From Candidatus Tenderia sp. (GTDB lineage Bacteria > Pseudomonadota > Gammaproteobacteria > Tenderiales > Tenderiaceae): DNA of 64,000 nt. Position 1 is the stretch's first letter; each line of letters begins with the position of its first letter. The notes beneath the pieces were generated by a model. It was given only the letters and a program-made list of their open reading frames with translations, ran no database searches and was not told where the DNA came from. Below, piece by piece: positions 11,472 to 19,407 of this stretch. The translations under genes and the position numbers were made by a program. The stretch is taken from assembly GCA_031416075.1 (NCBI GenBank), contig JANOSY010000073.1, forward strand, positions 1-64,000. The letters run 5' to 3'.

Positions 11472-11959
11472 GATAGGGACTCATACTGTTCTGTTATCGT
11501 AGAGATAATTTTCCATTCCACACTCACCTTAATATCAATAGCCGGCTTTAGGGATGAGCTAACAGTGCAGTAATTTTGAAAAATGTCCTCACAACGTTGT
11601 CTACGCGGATTATCGACAGTTAAAATAGGCTTAAGTATCACTTCTACACGATTTATTCTGGGATTTCCTTCAGCATTAGGTATAACAACGGCAGTGGCTT
11701 CTGTTTCGATATTGACTATTTTAAGATGCGCACGTCTACTTGTTTCCAGTAAACTTGCACTTAAACAATGAGCCACTGCTGTGGCCAATAGTGCAGGTGT
11801 TGCCGGTCCTGATGCATCTCCTACTGGATCTGGCTCATCAGAAACATAAGGTAATCCATGAGGTTTTTGATCTTCACTGGCCTGGGTAACAAAACGATAA
11901 CGATCCAGATATTTCATTGAAATATCAAACCTTCGCTCTTGTTGATCACGCATTTCCAT
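11468..11959 (-). CDS. OsmC/Ohr-family protein
   Basis: DEP.P.G...GP....LL..AV.HCL and a second Cys in YCTVS.SL. Confidence 0.85.
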   Translation of the reverse strand: MEMRDQQERRFDISMKYLDRYRFVTQASEDQKPHGLPYVSDEPDPVGDASGPATPALLATAVAHCLSASLLETSRRAHLKIVNIETEATAVVIPNAEGNPRINRVEVILKPILTVDNPRRQRCEDIFQNYCTVSSSLKPAIDIKVSVEWKIISTITEQYESLS

Positions 11960-11993
11960 ATATATCTCCTAACAATTCAATATTACTATTCTA

Positions 11994-12680
11994 TTACTCT
12001 GCAACAACTTTCCGTATGAAATTAAATCTATTCTCTAACTTATAACCAATAAAACTAATGATCACACCCACTACAGCAAAACCTGCAGCCATCACTAAAT
12101 AAGAGATTAACATTTTATTTGGATTACGCTCGGCCGCTATCAATCCAGACTGCATTAAATCAATAACACCTACAACATAGATAACAGCTGTATCTTTAAA
12201 AAGAGAAACAGCAAAACTTGCGCTTGCAGGTGTCATTCGACGTAACCCCTGAGGTATCACAACACTAATAAAAACTTGACTCTTTGATAACCCCGTTGCT
12301 TGTGCTGCTTCAACTTCACCTGAAGGTACTGAGGAAAAACCAGCACGAACAATTTCAGCTTGATACGCTGATGAATAGAGTGTTAATGCTATAAATGCAC
12401 TCAATAATGGCGGTATATTGATGCCAATCATGATAGGTAGTAAAAAATGGCACCAGAAGAGCAAAAGTATCAATGGTGTTGATCTTAGTACTTCAATAAA
12501 TGCTGTGGCACAAAAACCGCTTATTCTCCCGCCTGCCATTCTCAATAGTGCAAGCGGAACCGCAAACATGAATCCCATTACAAAACAAGATACTGCTAAT
12601 CCAATATTGATTAGAAGTCCCCCAGGGGGTCCATCCGGCCATCCGCCGATCATCATGAAACTCAACCAATCAAGACTCAT
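11994..12680 (-). CDS. polar amino-acid ABC transporter permease
   Basis: RSTPL...SAYQAEIVRAG...EAA.A.GL...PQ...FKDT motif. Confidence 0.92.
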   Translation of the reverse strand: MSLDWLSFMMIGGWPDGPPGGLLINIGLAVSCFVMGFMFAVPLALLRMAGGRISGFCATAFIEVLRSTPLILLLFWCHFLLPIMIGINIPPLLSAFIALTLYSSAYQAEIVRAGFSSVPSGEVEAAQATGLSKSQVFISVVIPQGLRRMTPASASFAVSLFKDTAVIYVVGVIDLMQSGLIAAERNPNKMLISYLVMAAGFAVVGVIISFIGYKLENRFNFIRKVVAE

Positions 12681-13432
12681 GTTACTGGTACCGATAGAGA
12701 TGGTTTATTGAGTACATCTTTAGTACTGTATCGACATAAATTGAGTCTGTTTTCCATTTTATGTGATACAGAACCCAATATTAAAGAGATGACAATATAA
12801 AAAATAGTTGCTACAAGCGTTGCCTCTAACCCTCTAAAACTTAACGACTCTATCTGCTGTGTTGCCCATGTCAGCTCAGTGACACCAATAACTATACATA
12901 GTGATGAATTTTTAAAATTATGAATGGTTCTATTGGCTAATGCGGGAAGAACAATTCGAATTGCAAGGGGCAATAAACAACATATCCACTGTTGTTTTGA
13001 TGTTAGTCCACAGCTTTTTGCCGCCTCTCTTTCACCAGAAGAGATGGCAAGTACGCCATTTCTTAATATATCTGATACATACGTTCCATTATCGATACTT
13101 AATGCAACTATTCCGGCTAAGAGTGCATAACTTCCCCAGCCATGCAAAATACTGCCTAGTGAATCAGGCAGTATCTCTGGAAAAACAAAATAAAAAAACA
13201 GTATCCAAAAAACTGCCGGGATATGTCGTGCGACGCCGACCCATGCACTGCAGGGCCAGACAAAATATTTCACCGGTGATAGGCGCCCTGAAGCAATAAC
13301 AATGCCTATCAGTATTGATAAAATAGTGCTAAAAAAGGCGATAATAAACGTGTGTGCAACGCCATAAAGTAGATAATCCCGATACTCATGACGGGCAATA
13401 ACAGACCAGTCAAATTCGTATGTAAACTCCAT
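12677..13432 (-). CDS. polar amino-acid ABC transporter permease
   Basis: FDWS..., EAA loop, FKNSSL...IGV.EL. Confidence 0.92.
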   Translation of the reverse strand: MEFTYEFDWSVIARHEYRDYLLYGVAHTFIIAFFSTILSILIGIVIASGRLSPVKYFVWPCSAWVGVARHIPAVFWILFFYFVFPEILPDSLGSILHGWGSYALLAGIVALSIDNGTYVSDILRNGVLAISSGEREAAKSCGLTSKQQWICCLLPLAIRIVLPALANRTIHNFKNSSLCIVIGVTELTWATQQIESLSFRGLEATLVATIFYIVISLILGSVSHKMENRLNLCRYSTKDVLNKPSLSVPVT

Positions 13433-13441
13433 ATTATCTAC

Positions 13442-14182
13442 TTATACCATCTCTAACATCGATGATTGACGTACACTGTTTGCCAATCTTCCCACCCGAT
13501 CAGTCGATTGACAGGCCAGAGTATTACAATCAACTTCAGTTAATGTTCCATTGTTGAGCATGAAAAAACGATTCCCTGTTGCACACGCAAAATCAAGATC
13601 ATGGGTTACCACTATCTGCGCTATATTGAGATCTGCAAGTGATTTAATATTTTCTGATACTTCATCACGTAGACGCCAATCCAGTGCTGATGTAGGCTCG
13701 TCAAATAACATCACATCCGGGGACATGGCTAAACACCTTACAATCGCAATTCTCTGTTTTTCTCCACCAGAAAGGCTGTCTGGATATATATCTTTTCTAT
13801 GAGAAACCGAAAATTTATCCATTAGGTCAATAGCAATATTGATGGCTAATTTTTTAGTCAGTTTTTTCACCCTAATTAGCGGTAATGTTATATTTTCCAG
13901 TGCGGTCAAGTGGGAAAACAGATTGCAATGTTGAAAAACAATACCTACACGTGACCGCAACTCACAAAGATTGATTCCTTCATCATAAAGAGATACTCCA
14001 TCAATCATAATATCCCCGGAGTCGATAACCTCCATTCTATTAATCGTCCTTAATAGTGTTGTTTTGCCACTGCCGCTTGGGCCGCATATCATTGCAACCT
14101 CTCCACGCTGCAATGATAGCGTCACACTATTTAGGATTGTTTTTCCTGAGATTATCTTCCCCACTGATTTCAACTCAATCAT
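13442..14182 (-). CDS. polar amino-acid ABC transporter ATPase (GlnQ-like)
   Basis: GPSGSGKTT, VFQ..NLF.HLTALEN, LSGGEKQR, FDEPTSALD. Confidence 0.95.
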   Translation of the reverse strand: MIELKSVGKIISGKTILNSVTLSLQRGEVAMICGPSGSGKTTLLRTINRMEVIDSGDIMIDGVSLYDEGINLCELRSRVGIVFQHCNLFSHLTALENITLPLIRVKKLTKKLAINIAIDLMDKFSVSHRKDIYPDSLSGGEKQRIAIVRCLAMSPDVMLFDEPTSALDWRLRDEVSENIKSLADLNIAQIVVTHDLDFACATGNRFFMLNNGTLTEVDCNTLACQSTDRVGRLANSVRQSSMLEMV

Positions 14183-14200
14183 TGAAAGCTCCTCGAGTTA

Positions 14201-15073
14201 TTAATCGGGTAATACATAGGCCATATCACCAAACGTATCTGAAGGTAAGCGCGGGCGAGCATTATGTGGCATCGGATAGAGCCCTTTTTCACCAAACCAT
14301 TTCTGGTATATTCTTTCGTAACTACCATCTTTAATCATGTCTTGTAATACAAAGCTCACCGCATCCCGCCATTTACTGTCATTCGGTGGAACACCTATGC
14401 CATAAAGACCTGGACTAAAGCCGGTGCCTACAACCTCAAACTCTGAGGCTGACTCTCCAGCCAATGCCGCTATAATAGGGCTGTCTTGACAAAACACATC
14501 TATCTTCCCTTGCTTTAATGCCAAAATCCCCTCGGCATTTTTTTGAAATGCGATTATCTTTGGTTCTAATTTGCTGTATTTCATGATCTCCTGAGGTGCC
14601 GCTGTATAAGCATTTGACCCCTGATTAACACCAATTTTTTTTCCTGCCAGATCGGATATTTTCTTAAATTCATTTTTTCTCGCATAAAATATCTTGGCCG
14701 TCCAAAGATAAGGTGGTTCAGCATAATCTATCTGCTCTTCACGGCCCCGTGTTTGTGATAGATTTGAAATTGTCATATCAATCTTTCGGTTAGATAGATA
14801 GGCTATCCGTGTCTTATTGTTGACGACAACAAGCTCTACTTTCACACCGAGTTGTTTTCCTATTTCGTTACCTAAATCGACATCGAAACCTGTCCAGTTT
14901 CCTTTTTCGTCAATAAAGTTCATCGGAGGTGTATCATTACCCGTTCCTATGCGAATAGTGTTTGATTTTTTTACTTGATCAAAAATTGATTCTGCATTAA
15001 CAATACTTGAGTTAATCACACAAGAGAAAAGGCCTATAAATAAAGTGTTTTTAAATAGCTGGTTCAATTTCAT
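14201..15073 (-). CDS. polar amino-acid ABC substrate-binding protein (SBP family 3)
   Basis: Signal peptide; PPMNF.D..G...GFDVDL, R...L....ID, G.Y.RIY.KWFG. Confidence 0.92.
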   Translation of the reverse strand: MKLNQLFKNTLFIGLFSCVINSSIVNAESIFDQVKKSNTIRIGTGNDTPPMNFIDEKGNWTGFDVDLGNEIGKQLGVKVELVVVNNKTRIAYLSNRKIDMTISNLSQTRGREEQIDYAEPPYLWTAKIFYARKNEFKKISDLAGKKIGVNQGSNAYTAAPQEIMKYSKLEPKIIAFQKNAEGILALKQGKIDVFCQDSPIIAALAGESASEFEVVGTGFSPGLYGIGVPPNDSKWRDAVSFVLQDMIKDGSYERIYQKWFGEKGLYPMPHNARPRLPSDTFGDMAYVLPD

Positions 15074-16253
15074 AGTGATTTATCTCTTTAATATTATTTT
15101 TCGGAAACTCTTTGCTAAACTTTTCTTTATAAAGAGCCATTTCTTTAGAGTTTTCAATAAATAGATTTTGACATCGCTCTACGCTATCCCCTGTTCCGTT
15201 ATAAAAAACAAGACCTTTTTCTGATAAAGGCCCCATCCACTCTCTGCAAAAATTCCATTGGTGCGTCCCTATTTTTAGATTTACCTGTGCAAACGTAAGG
15301 TATGCACGTTGACGGATATCAATCGATTTAAGATCAACATCCTCAAATTTTGAATAGTAGTGGACACGATGTGGTCTGACTATTTTTATCCACATCTCCC
15401 ATAAATTTCTCATACTTGGCGAACTATTATTGTCTGATACCAAGTTACATATTGATGCATCAGGCAACCAGCGATGCGCATATAAAAATGACTCTTGAAA
15501 CATATCTTGGTGTATTAAATTTAGTGGTTGATTGGGTGCCACAGTATGCATATCTGAATGGTATCTATCAGTCATCAACCGGGCTAATCCCATCCACTGT
15601 TGGTACAATCCGTAACGCTTACCCGAGTATCGACCACTCTCCCAATCGCCGATCAAAATAGAGGGTCTAAGAATCAGATAAGGCAATCCACTCTGGGCAA
15701 CCAACCATTCAGCCTTTCTTTTTGATGATGTGTAAGAAGTTGGGTCTTTTTCGGGGTCATCATGTAATATCTCTTTAACGTCTCCACTAATATAACCAGA
15801 GCTATAGGCTGTAGAAATAAATGTAAAGCGCCGTACCCTCAAACGTTTACCGATAGAGAGCATCCATTTTGTTAATTGGATGTTAACCACGTCCAAATCG
15901 GCTTCATTGAAATAATCCAGGCATCCGGCACAGTGCACTATTTCATCTATCTCATAGGGTGTTAATGCCTCCTCAAAATCATCGTCACCAATGTCACTAC
16001 TACCATTCCAGGGGATAATTTTTACATTACCATAAACACTCTCTAAAGATTCTCCAAATGCTGATAGCTCATTGTTAAGACGAAACAAAAAATTGTCTAT
16101 GGATGATGATGCGCGTAATGGGATAACTATATTCTCTACTCCTGATGACAATAGTTTGGCAGCAATCAGAGTGCCTAGATAACCGCTCCCACCTGTTAGC
16201 AGCACTGTATCTGGACGAAACTCTTTTGACCTTAGGTCATTAATTGTTTTCAT
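15051..16253 (-). CDS. extended SDR oxidoreductase, male-sterility / thioester-reductase (NAD_binding_4) type
   Basis: VLLTGGSGYLG, IVHCAG, F.FISTAY, Y..SK, ILRPSILIGD motifs. Confidence 0.8.
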   Translation of the reverse strand: MKTINDLRSKEFRPDTVLLTGGSGYLGTLIAAKLLSSGVENIVIPLRASSSIDNFLFRLNNELSAFGESLESVYGNVKIIPWNGSSDIGDDDFEEALTPYEIDEIVHCAGCLDYFNEADLDVVNIQLTKWMLSIGKRLRVRRFTFISTAYSSGYISGDVKEILHDDPEKDPTSYTSSKRKAEWLVAQSGLPYLILRPSILIGDWESGRYSGKRYGLYQQWMGLARLMTDRYHSDMHTVAPNQPLNLIHQDMFQESFLYAHRWLPDASICNLVSDNNSSPSMRNLWEMWIKIVRPHRVHYYSKFEDVDLKSIDIRQRAYLTFAQVNLKIGTHQWNFCREWMGPLSEKGLVFYNGTGDSVERCQNLFIENSKEMALYKEKFSKEFPKNNIKEINHYEIEPAI

Positions 16254-16255
16254 CG

Positions 16256-16684
16256 TTACGCCACCTCTTCAGAAGGTAACAATTTCTTTTCAATTTTCTC
16301 TGGCTCTGGAATTCCGCCATAAAATGCAATTTTTCTATTAATAATTAATATAGGAAATATATTAAAACCCTGTGTCGATACAAGGGACTGTATCTGTTCA
16401 ACCAGTCGATGCTCACTTGGTTCAAGATCACCACTCTTTATCTTTGACAGCGCTTTTCTGGCATCTGTAATTGAAATTGTCATCACTGAGATATTGGATC
16501 CGGAATTCTTTAAGGCAATATCAACATTGTTTTTTAGCTTTTCATCACTCTGTGATGCTAATGGGGAGCAACATTTTGCAGAGACAATACCGATCCCGCC
16601 TTCATACATTACGGATCTTAAGTGAATCAGTGCATCCCCACTGTTGCTGTTCCCGCAAAAAAGTTTACATAGCGAATCAAACAT
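16256..16684 (-). CDS. thioredoxin-fold protein with vicinal Cys (ArsD / MTH895-like)
   Basis: KCCSP motif; C-terminal FPILIINRKIAFYGGIP...I.K.L like ArsD and small redox-active disulfide proteins; next to an ArsP-type permease. Confidence 0.6.
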   Translation of the reverse strand: MFDSLCKLFCGNSNSGDALIHLRSVMYEGGIGIVSAKCCSPLASQSDEKLKNNVDIALKNSGSNISVMTISITDARKALSKIKSGDLEPSEHRLVEQIQSLVSTQGFNIFPILIINRKIAFYGGIPEPEKIEKKLLPSEEVA

Positions 16685-16697
16685 ATAACCCTCCATT

Positions 16698-17621
16698 TCA
16701 AAAATTAGGAATTGTCCACTGCGCGAGAAAACCCAATATCACAGCAGCTGTTACTACAGCGACAATATGAGCAACTATTAGTGGCCAACGAAACAGTCTT
16801 AAGAGCAGTATCATTTCAGGCAAGCTTGTTCCTGCACCAGAGATTAACAAGGCAACCAATGGTCCAGGATCCATCCCTTTCTCTATCAGTGCATAGCCGA
16901 TAGGCACAATTGCCATAGGCGATATGTATAGAGGAACAGCAATCAAGGCAACCAGTGGGATCAAGAAGTAGGGAGGAAAAGTATGATCCAGGTCTGTTAG
17001 TATGTTCTCTGGCATATAGCCGTGTATTAACCCGCCAATAATAATGCCTATCACTAGATAAGGCATGATCTGCCGTAATTCCATACGCGCCGCTCCCCAT
17101 GAAAAAGAGAGCGCGGTACGAAATTTTGGGCGAGATACCTCTCCCGTGGAATCCCCCATATAACCTTCTGGAACAGCTACCGTGCCTAAAGGGCGCAGAA
17201 AACGTATCATGCCTGTGCGCTCTACAAGGATGCCGGCTAAAATGGAGAGAAGTGCTGCTGACAAAACAAATATCACAGCACTGCCAAACCCTGGACCACT
17301 GACCAATAATATAATGACACCTTCATTAATCACGGGGGATGAGATCAGAAAAGTAAAACATGAAGCCAAACCAATTTTTGACCTCAACATCCCACTTAGC
17401 ACAGGTACCGTGGAACATGAACAGAAAGGGGTAACGGCCCCACCAATGGCGGCTAATGTTGCGCCGTTCCAAGATGATGCGTTGGCAAGTTTTACCTCTA
17501 TTGAGCGCCCTAACGAAAATTGCTGCGCCAGAAATATCAACATTGATATACCCAAAAACAGTATGACCAACATTAAGCCATCCAAAAGAATGAAATTTAT
17601 AACGTCAACAACTTTATCCAT
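16698..17621 (-). CDS. ArsP/DUF318-family permease
   Basis: TPFCSCSTVP, FLISSPVINE, VPLY, GAGTSLPEM motifs; about 8 TM segments. Confidence 0.88.
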   Translation of the reverse strand: MDKVVDVINFILLDGLMLVILFLGISMLIFLAQQFSLGRSIEVKLANASSWNGATLAAIGGAVTPFCSCSTVPVLSGMLRSKIGLASCFTFLISSPVINEGVIILLVSGPGFGSAVIFVLSAALLSILAGILVERTGMIRFLRPLGTVAVPEGYMGDSTGEVSRPKFRTALSFSWGAARMELRQIMPYLVIGIIIGGLIHGYMPENILTDLDHTFPPYFLIPLVALIAVPLYISPMAIVPIGYALIEKGMDPGPLVALLISGAGTSLPEMILLLRLFRWPLIVAHIVAVVTAAVILGFLAQWTIPNF

Positions 17622-17671
17622 AACAGCGCTCTTGAACAGGTATTGTTTTTTGTATGTTAAAAATTAGATTA

Positions 17672-18523
17672 TTAACAACACGATTCAGTGGTGGCACTGT
17701 TTTTTGTTTGCGCCAAACGTAAATCGGCAGATGGCATTCCACCATAACTGGACATGCTTGCTATCAGTGGTGTTGTGACTTTTACATCAAACCCAACTTC
17801 ATCTAACGTTTCAATATAGGCATCAAGCGCTTCTATACGAATATCTTCGATGTCTGTACGTATGCTATCCAAACCAATATCACCACAATTCACGCCAAGC
17901 TCACCACAAAGAGAGTGGCAGCTGGTGCTAATCATGCTGAAAAGTTCTGGCATGACACGATGGTGTGCCCAGACAAGGCTGTCATGAACACCATCATAGT
18001 CACTGGAGAGCATCTCTTTAAGCCGTCTGATACCGATGCCAAGATGTTCAATTTCATCGCTCAATATGGACTTTGCAAGGTCGCGTGTATCCGGGTCTGT
18101 ATCGCGCTGAAGAATTTTATACAACACAATGGCCATTGTCTCTGTCATCAGGTCTTGAATAATTAGGCATGCGGCCAGATCCTTTTTTGCGACTGCTGCA
18201 GAGAACTGTTTGCGTATATGCAACCACTGAGGTTCGACAATTCGTTGTTCAACAGGAAAGTCGAGTCTGCGCCCAAGGCTGGAGAGCATTTTGATATGTT
18301 TGGTCTCTTCAAAGGCCTGTTTTGCAGTCTCAATTTTTGAGTTGGTATCTTTCCATAAGGGCACCATCTCGGAATAGTTCTCTACAGCCATAATCTCGCC
18401 AGCTACTGCATTTGAGACTATGTAGGCCATCAAGTCATAATATCTTTGGTCTTTACCGTGCCGCTGATTGCGCATCTCTTTGACTTCATTTCTATCCAAT
18501 TCGTTAATATTCACACTATTCAT
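17672..18523 (-). CDS. ferritin-like di-iron protein, aldehyde-deformylating oxygenase (long-chain aldehyde decarbonylase) homolog
   Basis: Ligand set E43, E73xxH76, E128, E157xxH160; GE..A..NY, GR.L, CLIIQ and E..AI..Y motifs shared with cyanobacterial ADO; extra Cys-rich insert and C-terminal CC. Confidence 0.8.
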   Translation of the reverse strand: MNSVNINELDRNEVKEMRNQRHGKDQRYYDLMAYIVSNAVAGEIMAVENYSEMVPLWKDTNSKIETAKQAFEETKHIKMLSSLGRRLDFPVEQRIVEPQWLHIRKQFSAAVAKKDLAACLIIQDLMTETMAIVLYKILQRDTDPDTRDLAKSILSDEIEHLGIGIRRLKEMLSSDYDGVHDSLVWAHHRVMPELFSMISTSCHSLCGELGVNCGDIGLDSIRTDIEDIRIEALDAYIETLDEVGFDVKVTTPLIASMSSYGGMPSADLRLAQTKNSATTESCC

Positions 18524-19027
18524 TTCTCTATCTCCGTTATGGGATGCCTGGAAATGTTGGTTCCCCGATTTTTTTGAGACCCGATAATTTGGGCGTGATA
18601 CATACTCTCATCTGTCAGAGATCTGTTAAATAGTACAAATGTACCCATCTGAATATTTATAGTGCCGCGGACTGATGCTATCGACAAACAACATGATGTT
18701 TGTAAGAGAAGTATGATTTTTTTCAATATTAAACTTTAATCCTTCCAATACCTCCATTGACTTGATAATGATCGCCCTCCTTAACCAAAGAAAATACTTT
18801 ACGGACATTAACTGCCATATGGCCGCTCTCTTCTGGTTTTTTTATCAAACGGGTATTAGTCTCAGCACCACCTATTGCAGCACCAATACCGTGTCACTTA
18901 TGTTTTTTCTCATATGTAGTGGCTGAGGTATATTGGAACTAGCCGCAGTAATCGCGACGACGATAAGATTCCAGTGACCTAACATATTGTATTTATACCT
19001 ATTAATAGTGAATCAAGGTTCTGTTAG

Positions 19028-19056
19028 TTGACAACATCCGCCACCTCACTTACAGT
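19028..19056 (+). promoter_or_regulatory. sigma70 promoter of the btuB operon
   Basis: TTGACA, 17 bp spacer, TACAGT, immediately upstream of the riboswitch. Confidence 0.7.
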
Positions 19057-19061
19057 GCGCT

Positions 19062-19263
19062 CCTGCTTCAGGTGTCCTAAGGGCTATCGCCTAATGGATG
19101 AAACGGGAAGCCGGTGCGCTCTGGTAATAACCAGCGCTAACCCGGCACTGCCCCCGCAACGGTAAACGAGTTTAAGGTTCTGCTTACGCCACTGTGTTCT
19201 GCACGGGAAGGCGCAAACCTTGGGAAAAGACCCCCACTCGTGAGTCCGGAGACCGGCCTGCGG
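19062..19263 (+). ncRNA. cobalamin riboswitch
   Basis: CAGGTG...AAACGGGAAGCCGGTG...CCGGCACTGCCCCCGCAACGGT...GCCACTG...GGGAAGGC...GAGTCCGGAGACCGGCCTG (B12 box) upstream of btuB. Confidence 0.95.
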
Positions 19264-19407
19264 CATAAGTTCGGCATTGCGGAGGGCGATGCACCGGCAT
19301 GTGTGGCCTATTTTTCACCCCTCCACCCTTGCTATCACTCCTCCTCCATTTGCCATATGGCCTTTAATTATTCAGTTCGTGCCCCGATGTGCACGAAGGA
19401 GAGAGAT

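Noticed and set aside
18520-18808. Small ORFs upstream of the ADO-like gene as possible RiPP precursors or leader peptides
   Set aside because: No convincing RBS, leader or core motif, and short ORFs are expected by chance. They cannot be excluded without Ribo-seq or conservation data.
19084-19407. Long N-terminal extension of btuB (ORF start 19240) and an antisense 60-aa ORF
   Set aside because: The region is the cobalamin riboswitch and its expression platform. The signal peptide and RBS indicate a start at 19408.
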